Shown: positions 8,246-17,425 of the stretch, one piece after another
Layout: each line of letters begins with the position of its first letter
How positions within the stretch are numbered: the first letter of the stretch is position 1
Source: Candidatus Moranbacteria bacterium CG23_combo_of_CG06-09_8_20_14_all_35_22
GTDB taxonomy: Bacteria; Patescibacteriota; Minisyncoccia; Moranbacterales; UBA2206
DNA length: 32,731 nucleotides
Reading direction: 5' to 3'
Assembly (NCBI GenBank): GCA_002772115.1
Contig: PCRW01000076.1
Location: forward strand, 1,802 to 34,532
Made by a program: the position numbers and the translations under genes
Notes under the pieces: generated by a model
What the model was told of the DNA's origin: nothing
Databases searched by the model: none
Seen by the model: the letters and a program-made list of their open reading frames with translations, nothing else

Positions 8246-8872
8246 TTAGGTTAATTCTTTTTTAATAAATTTTATCATACTTATAATTAACTTGAATGAT
8301 TTTGTGCCGTTAGTGACTCTTACTCTGCACATACCATAAGGTAATTTTCCTTCTTTCTTTCCTTTTAGCACATTTACATTTACAATACTTTTTATGTTTA
8401 TTCTGCACACTTTTGCCCAATATTTTTTTGATTCATTGATATTTATACTATCATATATTCTTATTGAAACGCGCAAATCATCTTTATTAACACCAATCTC
8501 TTTTATGCAAGAAATGAATACGCGAATAAGATCTGGGTCACTATTAATAATATTCAAGTCTTTTTTTGTTCCCTCTCCCCAATAAATAGCCGCAAGAATT
8601 AAAAGTTTTTCTTTTTTTGAAATTTTTTTTAATAATTTTTTTGCATTATATTCAGATTCTTTCCATAATTTTTCGGCCCTAACAATACTACCTCCTTGCT
8701 TTCTTTTAAGAATATCCGCAAATTCAGGCAAAACAGCTACTTCTTTCGTATATCTCTGGATTGTAGATTTACCTCTTCCTAACACTGTGCAAATTTCAGA
8801 TATACTATGCCCTTTTTGACGAAGGTTTTTAATCTGATTAGCTTCTTTTTTTGTTATAATTTTTCCATTCAT
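8246..8872 (-). CDS. HTH plus LAGLIDADG-like endonuclease-fold protein
   Basis: N-terminal HTH (LRQKGHSISEI...GKSTIQRY); helix ILAAIYWGEG followed by NSDP; flanked by tRNA-Arg pieces. Confidence 0.7.
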   Translation of the reverse strand: MNGKIITKKEANQIKNLRQKGHSISEICTVLGRGKSTIQRYTKEVAVLPEFADILKRKQGGSIVRAEKLWKESEYNAKKLLKKISKKEKLLILAAIYWGEGTKKDLNIINSDPDLIRVFISCIKEIGVNKDDLRVSIRIYDSININESKKYWAKVCRINIKSIVNVNVLKGKKEGKLPYGMCRVRVTNGTKSFKLIISMIKFIKKELT

Positions 8873-8906
8873 ATATCAATTATAACATAACGAGCGATAT
8901 AATACA

Positions 8907-8942
8907 AGGACGGATTTGCTCTATCCATTGAGCTATGAGGAA
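8907..8942 (-). pseudogene. 5' half of a tRNA-Arg(CCU)
   Basis: TTCCTCATAGCTCAATGGATAGAGCAAATCCGTCCT: D arm intact, similarity ends at the CCT anticodon. Confidence 0.75.
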
Positions 8943-9028
8943 AAATAAAATAAAAAAACCTATACCTTTCAACTACACTATACTTATTGCCAGATAGTTA
9001 TTAAACTATGAAAAATTGTTAACTAAAA

Positions 9029-9637
9029 TTAAATTTTTTCAACCAAATCAGGATACTTTTCCAAAGCTTCTTGTTTCAGAAATTTAGCCTGCTTATAATA
9101 TTCATATCTTTTACCATATATTCCTTTCATCAATTCTTCTTTTGAATTTTGGTATTCTTCATATTTTCTTGCAGTGTTTTGTTGCTTAATTTCATCTAAA
9201 AAATATTGGATGTCCCCTTCAAAAGAAAAAGGCTCTGGATATTTATTAAGAAAATTTTCTGCATCTCTCGCATTAAGATTTTCATAATCATTTGCATTAT
9301 TTAAAACAAGATAGGCTACCATTTTTTCCATTTGTTTGTTTCCTAAAATTTTAGCAAATAATCCCGCTGGCTCATCCGGATTTACAGGCGCCTTGATACA
9401 GAGTAATAATTCTCTAAAATCATCTTCCATAATTTCTCCTTTAGCAATTTTTTCAATAACCTCATTTCTGATTTCATCTCTCACGCGAAATATTTTTTCT
9501 TCTAAAATTTCTGGTTTTCTTTCTTTAAGGTAAGCAATTATTTTATTTTGTTGTCTAATATTAGGTATTTCGCTTTTTTTATCTTCTTCGCTTTTGTGAA
9601 TAATTGTTATCCCCTCAAAACCTGGGTTATTAAGCAT
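9029..9637 (-). CDS. Hypothetical protein
   Basis: 202-aa ORF with typical K/E-rich composition; no motif recognised. Confidence 0.7.
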   Translation of the reverse strand: MLNNPGFEGITIIHKSEEDKKSEIPNIRQQNKIIAYLKERKPEILEEKIFRVRDEIRNEVIEKIAKGEIMEDDFRELLLCIKAPVNPDEPAGLFAKILGNKQMEKMVAYLVLNNANDYENLNARDAENFLNKYPEPFSFEGDIQYFLDEIKQQNTARKYEEYQNSKEELMKGIYGKRYEYYKQAKFLKQEALEKYPDLVEKI

Positions 9638-9729
9638 AGTTTTATTTTTATAAATAATTATATTTTTCTAAAAACATTCATCCCTATTTATTTAAATTTA
9701 AAATTATTTAACAGGGTGAATTTTTTTAG

Positions 9730-9800
9730 TGGACCTATGGAGAATTGGACTCCAGACTGATCCATGCCATGGATCCGTAATACCACTTTACTATAGGCCC
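9730..9800 (-). tRNA. tRNA-Ala(GGC)
   Basis: G3-U70 pair; GATCC-ATGGCAT-GGATC anticodon arm with A32/U38; atypical T-loop TCCAATT. Confidence 0.9.
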
Positions 9801-9886
9801 AACATATTTTACACTAACCTAATCATATTTTATTTACTTCACTTGGTCAATGGTTTTTTTTGAAATTTACGCTATAATCAACTTAT

Positions 9887-11887
9887 ATGAGTAGTTTGAT
9901 TTCTAGATTTTGGAACAATTTCAAAACTCAACCAGATATGTGGTTCTTTTTTGGGTTTTTATTAACTTTTACGCTAAGTATTAGGAAAGTAATGTTATAC
10001 TTTCCAATCCAAGGAACTTTCAATGAATATTCCGGAGTGTTTATCTACCTTTCAGATGTTTTTCTAATTTTAACTCTAGTTTTCTGGTTTATATCTATAT
10101 TATGCAATGATTTTATTATTTTGTCAAGGTACAGGCTGTGGATAAGTAGTGCTTTCCACAAGTTACCCCCACACCAAAATTATAAATATAATCTCTATAA
10201 AATTAAGATTTATCTAAAAAATAGCCTCAAAATGAGAGCAAAGCGTATTTTTAATTTTTGGTGGAGGGGCATGTACATATTTTTACCTCTATTTTTAGTT
10301 TTTCTTTCTTTTTTATCAATTCTATGGTCGCAAAATCTGTCAATAGCCCTTTTCCGATCATTTAAGCTTTTGGAGTTTTATTTATTATATCTTTATATTA
10401 TTTTCAGATTTGTTTCAAAATTGTTCCACGCCCGCCTGCCAAAAAATTGTTCCGCGCCTATCTGCGACAATAATGTTCCACGCCCGCCTGCCGGCGAGGC
10501 AGGTGGAACATCCATCAATGAGAAGCAAGGATCAACCTCTAATTGTTCCACATGGAACAATTTTGGGCGGGTGGAACAATTTTGGGCGGGTGGAACAATT
10601 TGGTTATTTTTTAACATCATTATAATTTTAGGCTTATTTCAAGCCATAATCGGCATCATTCAATTTTTCCTACAAAAATCAATTGACCTATTTTGGCTTC
10701 GAGAAAGCCTAATTTCACCAGAAATCCTTGGGGTGGCTAAAGTAATCTTAAATGGAGAAAAATACATCCGCGCCTATGGCCTTATGACACATCCTAATGT
10801 TTTGGGTGGATTCTTACTATTTTCTATTGTTATCACATTATTATATAAAAAAATGTTCCATATGAAACATCAACTACCCCCCTCGCCTTTACAAGGAGAT
10901 GGGCAAGGGGTGAGGTTAAGCGATGTTCCACGTGGAACAATATCAGAAAAAAAGATATCTTCAATATCCAATTGTTCCACATGGAACAATTGGATATTTA
11001 GGCTTATTTTAGCCATTCAAATTTTAGCGCTAATCTTAACATTCTCAAAATCAGCCATAATTGGGCTCATTATCGCTCTTATATGCCTATCTGTGCCTGC
11101 CCGCCAAAAAAATGTTCCATGTGGAACACTATCAAAAGAAGAGTTTTATCCAAATTCAAATTGTTCCACGTGGAACAATTCTAAAATACACCTCACCCAA
11201 TCCCTCTCCTTATTAAGGAGAAAGTGGCTCAAGATGTTCCATGTGGAACATTTGAAATTAATAATCCTCTCGGTCTTAATTATTTTAGTATCCATATTTT
11301 TCATAATTAAACCCAATTTGAATTCTTTATTTTTTAATTCCCTAAATGAACGCCTATTTTATCTAAATGTTCCATATGGAACATTTGAGAGTGATCTAGT
11401 ATTGGGAATTGGCGCCGGACAATCAGTCCTAATGATGCAAAAATTTTACTCACAAACTTTAGAATTCTGGCAATATCAGCCTATTCATAATGTTTTTCTA
11501 CTAATATTTAGCGAGTTAGGCTTAATCGGTCTAGGGTTATTTATTTGGTGGTTGTGGAAATTGTTCCACGTGGAACAATTTGAAAATTCACCTCATCCTA
11601 ACCTTCTCCTTATTAAGGAGAAGGAACTTGCCCCCCTCTCCTTTATAAGGAGAGGGGCAGGGGGTGAGGTTAAAATTGTTCCACATGGAACAATAGAAAA
11701 TAACGACTACATATTACACAATAATAATATATATTTGTCAAGTATAATATTCTCTCGATATTTCCAAAGAATTCTTTTAGGTCTTATTTTTATCATGCTT
11801 TTTGACCATTATATCTGGGATATCCAACAGGGGAGCCTCCTATTCTGGCTAACCGCCGGCTTTGTTGCTGGAATAAGCAGGAAATAA
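9887..11887 (+). CDS. O-antigen ligase/Wzy_C-like membrane protein with many repeat-derived inserts
   Basis: RAYGLMTHPNVLGG, TFSKSA, GIGAG, PIHNVFLLIFSELGLIG and FDHY motifs; many transmembrane segments. Confidence 0.82.
   Translation: MSSLISRFWNNFKTQPDMWFFFGFLLTFTLSIRKVMLYFPIQGTFNEYSGVFIYLSDVFLILTLVFWFISILCNDFIILSRYRLWISSAFHKLPPHQNYKYNLYKIKIYLKNSLKMRAKRIFNFWWRGMYIFLPLFLVFLSFLSILWSQNLSIALFRSFKLLEFYLLYLYIIFRFVSKLFHARLPKNCSAPICDNNVPRPPAGEAGGTSINEKQGSTSNCSTWNNFGRVEQFWAGGTIWLFFNIIIILGLFQAIIGIIQFFLQKSIDLFWLRESLISPEILGVAKVILNGEKYIRAYGLMTHPNVLGGFLLFSIVITLLYKKMFHMKHQLPPSPLQGDGQGVRLSDVPRGTISEKKISSISNCSTWNNWIFRLILAIQILALILTFSKSAIIGLIIALICLSVPARQKNVPCGTLSKEEFYPNSNCSTWNNSKIHLTQSLSLLRRKWLKMFHVEHLKLIILSVLIILVSIFFIIKPNLNSLFFNSLNERLFYLNVPYGTFESDLVLGIGAGQSVLMMQKFYSQTLEFWQYQPIHNVFLLIFSELGLIGLGLFIWWLWKLFHVEQFENSPHPNLLLIKEKELAPLSFIRRGAGGEVKIVPHGTIENNDYILHNNNIYLSSIIFSRYFQRILLGLIFIMLFDHYIWDIQQGSLLFWLTAGFVAGISRK
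10137..10145 (-). promoter_or_regulatory. DnaA-box consensus (TTATCCACA) inside the CDS
   Basis: TGTGGATAA on the + strand, with degenerate boxes just downstream (~10152-10172). Confidence 0.4.
10422..11692. promoter_or_regulatory. Cluster of parS centromere-like sites
   Basis: TGTTCCAYRTGRAACA at 10544, 10854, 10924, 10973, 11113, 11162, 11235, 11368, 11562 and 11677; one split site at 10474-10510; several half sites. Confidence 0.88.
10877..11669. repeat. CCTCACCC...CCCTCTCC-GGAGAGGG hairpin repeats (family C)
   Basis: Copies at 10877-10915, 11191-11224 and an inverted doublet at 11591-11669; more in pcrA at 30370-30403 and 32286-32321. Confidence 0.87.
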
Positions 11888-12045
11888 TTTTTTTTTAAGT
11901 TGATAATTTACCAATGACAGTAAATGGTAAATTAGAAAAAATTGCTACAATAAATACAAAATGCTATATTAAAAATAGAATTAGAGCAATAAGTTCCCAT
12001 ATAAACGAGATATTCAAATAAATAAAACTTTTGGGAATTTCTACT

Positions 12046-12522
12046 ATGAATGATAAAAGTCCACAAAAAGAAGCTACAAGAAAAAGGTCTCTCGGTGAAC
12101 TGGGAGAATTGTTTGCTATAAAAGCTCTGGTTGATAATAAATTTGATAAAATTCGAAATCTTAATGACGATCATTTTAATGAAGCATTTGCGGATTTAAA
12201 ATGTGAAAAAAATGAAAAAAAATATGTTATTAGCGTCAAAGCTAGAAATAAATTTCAAAAAAACGGGAAGCTAAATAGTCGGTATAATCTCGGTTCAAAT
12301 GCTTATCAAAAGGCAAAGATAGCAGAGGCAAAATATCATGCAAAAGCATATTGGATGGCAATTCAATTTGATAAGAATTTTTTTTCAATTTATTTCGGTT
12401 CTTTATCGGAATTAAATGGTTCTAAGGCAATTCCGGTAAATAAATGTGAAAAGGGCCAATTAGGTTCAATACTAGTTAATAATCAATGTCATTATTTTGA
12501 TTTCGAATTTTATACAAATTAA
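12046..12522 (+). CDS. PD-(D/E)XK-like nuclease-fold protein
   Basis: GELGELFA...ADL...ISVKAR pattern resembling YraN/Hjc-type nucleases; ATG at 12046. Confidence 0.65.
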   Translation: MNDKSPQKEATRKRSLGELGELFAIKALVDNKFDKIRNLNDDHFNEAFADLKCEKNEKKYVISVKARNKFQKNGKLNSRYNLGSNAYQKAKIAEAKYHAKAYWMAIQFDKNFFSIYFGSLSELNGSKAIPVNKCEKGQLGSILVNNQCHYFDFEFYTN

Positions 12523-12540
12523 AACTATATCTGGCACTGC

Positions 12541-12618
12541 ACATAACAGCGTGTATGCGATTACGCTTCGCTTTACCCATATTACTAACGCAACATCGTA
12601 TACATGCAAACTTTCAGC
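12541..12618 (+). other. Degenerate attC-like site
   Basis: ACATAAC followed by the inverted arms GCGTGTATGCGAT/ATCGTATACATGC just after a stop codon; the right-hand GTT core is missing. Confidence 0.45.
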
Positions 12619-12708
12619 AAAATAAATTTTATCTTAATGGTAATTTAAATTTCCATGAGTTAAGTCAAGAAGCAGAAAAAACTGATTAATTTTATATGCA
12701 ATAAAAAT

Positions 12709-13278
12709 ATGAAAGGATTAATGACTTACAAAGATTATCAATTACTTCTCAAAGGAGATTTGGGCAAATACTATGAGGGTCGTTGGGAATATTTTAAAGA
12801 AGTTATAGAGATCATTAAAAATGAAAAAATTAAATCTGTTTTGGAAATTGGTCCTGCTCAAGAACCAATTGTCAAAAATTGTGATGTAATGGTAAAGCCA
12901 GAAGATGATATGTGGGGAAGACCGAAAAATGTTTTTTTTCAAAAAGAATATTTACATAACGCGACTGAAAAACCTTGGCCGATAAAAGATAAGCAATATG
13001 ACTTACTCATAGCTCTTCAGGTTTGGGAACATTTGGACAATAAGCAAAGCAGGGCTTTTCGAGAAGTAATGCGAGTATCAAAAATGGCCGTACTTAGTTT
13101 TCCATACTTGTGGAATTGTCCAAAAGATAGTAGAAATTATCCAGCCCATCATATGCTAGACGAAGAACTTATTAGCGATTGGATATTGAATATTAAACCA
13201 GAAAAGATTATTAGAATCCCAAGAACTGGTCCGGAAGTGAGTAAGGGACCAAGAATAATATATTTTTGGAAGTTTTAA
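12709..13278 (+). CDS. Class I SAM-dependent methyltransferase-like protein
   Basis: VLEIGP, YDLLIALQVWEHL and AFREVMRVSK motifs. Confidence 0.8.
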   Translation: MKGLMTYKDYQLLLKGDLGKYYEGRWEYFKEVIEIIKNEKIKSVLEIGPAQEPIVKNCDVMVKPEDDMWGRPKNVFFQKEYLHNATEKPWPIKDKQYDLLIALQVWEHLDNKQSRAFREVMRVSKMAVLSFPYLWNCPKDSRNYPAHHMLDEELISDWILNIKPEKIIRIPRTGPEVSKGPRIIYFWKF

Positions 13279-13331
13279 AAAAAAGAAAAATTAGGTATAA
13301 ATTATAACAATTATTTTAAAAGGAGGTCGCC

Positions 13332-13502
13332 ATGTTCCAAGTACCCGAGTATGTAGCAACTTGCAAAAAGTGTAAGAATGAATTTCCGGCATATGATGAA
13401 AATGCTATTAAGTGTCCTGGCTACTGTGAGTTACTTACACCTGAACCTTTAAAAAAAGACTGGCCGAAACTGCGGTCAGAGGAGGATTTGAAATTTTATT
13501 AG
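13332..13502 (+). CDS. 56-aa putative zinc-ribbon protein (absent from the ORF track)
   Basis: AGGAGG SD; MFQVPEYVATCKKCKNEFPAYDENAIKCPGYCELLTPEPLKKDWPKLRSEEDLKFY; terminator follows. Confidence 0.7.
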   Translation: MFQVPEYVATCKKCKNEFPAYDENAIKCPGYCELLTPEPLKKDWPKLRSEEDLKFY

Positions 13503-13514
13503 TTTTTTTCTCAC

Positions 13515-13555
13515 AAAAAAATCCTACACCCTTAAACTTCGGGCGTGGGATTTTT
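13515..13555 (+). terminator. Intrinsic terminator
   Basis: AAAAATCCTACACCC...GGGCGTGGGATTTTT. Confidence 0.7.
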
Positions 13556-13618
13556 ATTTTGTAAAAAGAATTAAGAATTTATAAGCTATTCCACCATCAA
13601 ATTAAATAAAAAAAACCG

Positions 13619-13656
13619 ATATTACACCCAGTCGCAATTGCGACTGGGTGTAATAT
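13619..13656. repeat. Perfect 38-bp palindrome, copy 1
   Basis: ATATTACACCCAGTCGCAATTGCGACTGGGTGTAATAT. Confidence 0.95.
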
Positions 13657-13671
13657 TATAAATAAGTAGTA

Positions 13672-13750
13672 GATAATGAATAATAGATAGTTGACAGTTG
13701 GTAATTAGTAATTGGTAATTGGTAATTGGTAATTAGAAGCTGGTAGTTGA
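13672..13750. repeat. Heptamer tandem tract (GGTAATT)
   Basis: About five near-perfect GGTAATT units plus degenerate flanking units. Confidence 0.8.
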
Positions 13751-13791
13751 AAAGAGAAATACTTAGAAAAATTAGAAATAATTGAAAATAA

Positions 13792-14394
13792 TTAGAGCTT
13801 GAATTCTTTTTTTAGTTTTTCTCCATAAAGCATTTTATCCACAGTAAGAATTTCGATAAATTTTTGCACATTATAAATTTCCGCTAAAAATAAAATTTCA
13901 TCTTCACATTCATAAGGATATACCCAAACGCTTTTTTGCAATTGGAAAAACCCCAGCGTCTTTATTTTGTCGCGCAAAGCTTCTCGCGCTTTATTGTATA
14001 TTTTCGGATAAGAGGGGATATCAAAAATAAAAACTCGCCACTTGCCATCCCACTTTTTCGGTTTGGCTATTTTCAATGCTTCAAAACAAAACTCTTTCAC
14101 ACGCTTTTGACCTTTATTGGTAAGTTGAACTTTTATTTTATTTTTGCCTTCTTGCAAAACTTCTATAAATTTCCGGTGTTTCAAAACATTGATCGTATTT
14201 TGTATTTTCTTTTTGGAAAATTTTTTTCCATACTTTCGATTTTTTTCTATCATTGAAAACATAGCCGGAACCAACGCTCCAGCAAAAACAATTCCGCCCA
14301 GCGCCAAAATCATTAAGACAAACTTAGTTACCGTAGCTTTCTTACTATCTGAATATAAAAAGTCTTCTATTGTATTTTTAATATTATTTTCCAT
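13792..14394 (-). CDS. PaaX-like regulator with a Cas2-like central domain
   Basis: LTNKG, KWDGKWRVFIFDIP and LGFFQLQKSVWVYP. Confidence 0.82.
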   Translation of the reverse strand: MENNIKNTIEDFLYSDSKKATVTKFVLMILALGGIVFAGALVPAMFSMIEKNRKYGKKFSKKKIQNTINVLKHRKFIEVLQEGKNKIKVQLTNKGQKRVKEFCFEALKIAKPKKWDGKWRVFIFDIPSYPKIYNKAREALRDKIKTLGFFQLQKSVWVYPYECEDEILFLAEIYNVQKFIEILTVDKMLYGEKLKKEFKL

Positions 14395-14445
14395 TTTTTA
14401 TTTTTTAATTTCTTAATTTAAATTTACTAAGTATATTTTACATCA

Positions 14446-14481
14446 TATTACACCCAGACGCAATTGCGACTGGGTGTAATA
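14446..14481. repeat. Palindrome, copy 2
   Basis: Same sequence as 13620-13655 with one substitution. Confidence 0.95.
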
Positions 14482-14632
14482 GATGATATTTTATATTGTT
14501 TAAGCTTAATTCTAAAAAATTGACAAAGCACTACTAATTATGCAATCTTATCTCTATTTCACAGCCATGACTGTGATTATAACTTGCCCCTACTTGTGCC
14601 ATGACTTACCCTCAATCCTGTTTTTATTTACA

Positions 14633-14661
14633 AAAAAGACGAGCAAGTCTGCCCGTCTTTT
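14633..14661 (-). terminator. Terminator after gyrA
   Basis: AAAAAGACGAGCA-AGTC-TGCCCGTCTTTTT. Confidence 0.7.
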
Positions 14662-14683
14662 ATTATTTTTCTAGACTATTTTT

Positions 14684-17134
14684 TTATAAAACCGTACTCG
14701 CACTAACTTTGTCTCCCGCTTGCGGACGCATAACGCGCACACCTTGAGTGGCTCGACCGAGAACGGAAACGCTGGAAAGAGGAATGCGAATGATTTGACC
14801 TTTTTCGGAAGTTAAAATTAAATCGGTATCAAGCGCGTCCATATTGATAATCGTTGCGCCAATTATTTTTCCGGTTTTGGAAGTGACAGAGGCAGTTTTT
14901 ATTCCAGAACCACCACGCTTTTGGACTTTATAATATTTCAAATCTGATCTTTTTCCAAAGCCGTTTTCCGAAATTGTAAGAAGCTGATTACCTTTTTGAT
15001 TTTTGAAAACCACATCCATTCCAACCACAGCGTCGTCTTTTTTGAGTTTTATTCCACGCACTCCGGCCGCGTTTCGTCCCATTGAACGAACATCTGATTC
15101 TCGAAATCTAATCGCTTGACCATTTCTTGTAGTAATAACTATTTCATCTGTTCCCGTAGTCGCGTCCACCCAACCAAGAGTGTCACCTTTTTCCAATTTT
15201 ATCGCAATGAGTCCTGAACGACGAACATTTTCAAATTCATCTAAAGTAGTTTTCTTGACTGTGCCCATTGCTGTCGTCATCAAAAGATATTTATAAGCAT
15301 CATCTTTGTTGAAAGCAATGATAGCTGTGACAGATTCTTCTTGAGAAAGAGAAAGAAAATTCACAATCGATTGACCTTTGGCAATGCGAGTGGATTCCGG
15401 AATTTCATAGGCTTTAGTTTGAAAAACTTTTCCAGAATTTGTGAAAAATAGCAGATTATCATGCGTCATCACTCCGAGCATTTTTTGAATTTCATCCCCT
15501 TCGCGCGTTGTTGCCCCAATCACTCCTTTGCCTCCGCGCTTTTGAACTTTGTAGGCACTCGGATTCATTCTTTTGACATAACCATCTTTGGAAAGAGTGA
15601 TAATAGCTTCTTCATTGGGCACTAAATCTTCTTGCCGAAATTCTCCCACACCAGATTTTATCACTTTCGTTCTTCTTTCATCACCATATTTTTCCTTAAC
15701 ACGAGCTAATTCATCTTTGATAATAGAAAATATTTTTTTCTCACTTTTTAGAATAGCTTCAAGCTGGGCAATCAGTTTTATTTTTTCTACTAATTCGTCT
15801 TCAATTTTCTTTCGTTCTAGTCCAGCCAAGGTTTGCAATTTCATTTCCAAAATAGCCGTAGCTTGCTTTTCTGACAGTTTGAATTTTTTCATTAAATTCT
15901 TATGCGCTTCTTCTTTAGTAGGAGATTTTTTGATTGTTTCAATCACTGCGTCAATGTGATCTAGCGCAATTTTCAATCCTTCCAAAATATGCGCGCGATC
16001 CCGAGCTTTTTCTAAATCAAATTTAGTTCTTCTAATTATCACAATTTTTCGGTGCGCTACATATTCCTCTAAAATTGTTTTTAAATTCAAAACTTTCGGC
16101 TCGATACCATTGACCAGCGCTAGCATATTGACACCAAAATTTTTCTGAAGATCAGTCAGAGAATAAAGTTTATTCAAAACTTTTTGCGGATAGGCATCCT
16201 TTTTCAAATCTACCACAATTCGCACGCCTTCCTTGTCCGATTCATCGCGTAAATCTTTTATACCAACAATTTTTCCATCGCGAACTAAATTGGCCATAGT
16301 TTCAATCAGTGTGGCCTTGTTGGTAGCATAAGTTATTTCGCTAATCACTATTTGAAAAGTTCCGGTTTTGCTTTCTACGATATCTGCTTTACCCCGTGTT
16401 AAAATTTTTCCTCGACCAGTTTTATACGCTTCGACAATATCCTTTTTATTATAAATTATTCCACCAGTTGGAAAATCCGGTCCCTTGATAAATTCTGAAA
16501 GTTCTTCAATAGAAATTTCCGGATTATCAATCAAACTATTTATACCATCTACCAATTCAGAAAGATTATGCGGAGGAATGTTGGTCGCCATTCCCACCGC
16601 AATTCCCATTGAACCATTTAATAATAATTGCGGAAGTCTGGCTGGAAGCACTGCCGGTTCTTTGTGCTGACCGTCAAAATTAGGCACAAAATCCACTGTG
16701 TTTTTTTCAATGTCAATCAGCATTTCTTCTGCCATTTGGGAAAGTTTAGCTTCCGTATAACGATAAGCCGCTACACCGTCGCCGTCCATTGAACCGAAGT
16801 TTCCTTGACCTTTGACCATCGGATAGCGCAAAGAAAAATCCTGTGCCATTCTTACCATTGAATCATAAACGGCCACATCGCCATGTGGATGATATTTTCC
16901 CAAAACTTCTCCCACCACCGTAGCTGATTTTCGAAATTTCGCGCTAGCACGAAGACCCGACTGCCACATTGAATAAAGAATTCGTCGATGCACTGGTTTC
17001 AATCCATCGCGAACATCAGGCAAAGCGCGCGAAACAATCACGCTCATAGCATAATCCAAATAGGATTGTTGAATTTCCAAAGTTATTTCTCTAGCTTGAA
17101 TATTTTTATCTATATTATTTATTTCTTCTGGCAT
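14684..17134 (-). CDS. gyrA: DNA gyrase subunit A
   Basis: [24 protein letters not shown], catalytic RYTE and GyrA box QKRGGKG; ATG at 17134 preferred over GTG at 17152. Confidence 0.98.
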   Translation of the reverse strand: MPEEINNIDKNIQAREITLEIQQSYLDYAMSVIVSRALPDVRDGLKPVHRRILYSMWQSGLRASAKFRKSATVVGEVLGKYHPHGDVAVYDSMVRMAQDFSLRYPMVKGQGNFGSMDGDGVAAYRYTEAKLSQMAEEMLIDIEKNTVDFVPNFDGQHKEPAVLPARLPQLLLNGSMGIAVGMATNIPPHNLSELVDGINSLIDNPEISIEELSEFIKGPDFPTGGIIYNKKDIVEAYKTGRGKILTRGKADIVESKTGTFQIVISEITYATNKATLIETMANLVRDGKIVGIKDLRDESDKEGVRIVVDLKKDAYPQKVLNKLYSLTDLQKNFGVNMLALVNGIEPKVLNLKTILEEYVAHRKIVIIRRTKFDLEKARDRAHILEGLKIALDHIDAVIETIKKSPTKEEAHKNLMKKFKLSEKQATAILEMKLQTLAGLERKKIEDELVEKIKLIAQLEAILKSEKKIFSIIKDELARVKEKYGDERRTKVIKSGVGEFRQEDLVPNEEAIITLSKDGYVKRMNPSAYKVQKRGGKGVIGATTREGDEIQKMLGVMTHDNLLFFTNSGKVFQTKAYEIPESTRIAKGQSIVNFLSLSQEESVTAIIAFNKDDAYKYLLMTTAMGTVKKTTLDEFENVRRSGLIAIKLEKGDTLGWVDATTGTDEIVITTRNGQAIRFRESDVRSMGRNAAGVRGIKLKKDDAVVGMDVVFKNQKGNQLLTISENGFGKRSDLKYYKVQKRGGSGIKTASVTSKTGKIIGATIINMDALDTDLILTSEKGQIIRIPLSSVSVLGRATQGVRVMRPQAGDKVSASTVL

Positions 17135-17165
17135 ATTATTTTTATAAGGCACTAAAAAATTAAAC

Positions 17166-17423
17166 TTATTTTTCTAATAAACTTTTCATTTGCTTGGTTG
17201 CGTCTTGAATAGATTCCTTTTGAGTTGTTAAATCTTCTATCACTTGGCTATTTAAAATATTTTCTTTTTCCGAATCATCCGTATTTTCAAATTGAGCAGA
17301 AAAAGAAATCATCCAAATTATTAAAATAAAAATCATTCCAAAAGCAGTGAGCCCCCACACCCAACGCAAGCGGATATGTTCCGGCTGGCGACGAATCTGT
17401 TCTATTTTATCAAATATACTCAT
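17166..17423 (-). CDS. Small single-pass membrane protein
   Basis: 85 aa, one hydrophobic helix, in operon position upstream of gyrA. Confidence 0.75.
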   Translation of the reverse strand: MSIFDKIEQIRRQPEHIRLRWVWGLTAFGMIFILIIWMISFSAQFENTDDSEKENILNSQVIEDLTTQKESIQDATKQMKSLLEK

Positions 17424-17425
17424 TC

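Noticed and set aside
8246-8906. Group I intron in tRNA-Arg
   Set aside because: The ORF fills nearly the whole interval, leaving no room for a ribozyme core, and no complete matching 3' exon follows.
10422-11692. CRISPR array
   Set aside because: The repeats are 16-bp palindromes with irregular spacing inside an open CDS, and they match parS.
13619-14481. cas2 with CRISPR repeats
   Set aside because: Only two repeats about 800 bp apart, no other cas genes, and the protein has a PaaX-type layout.
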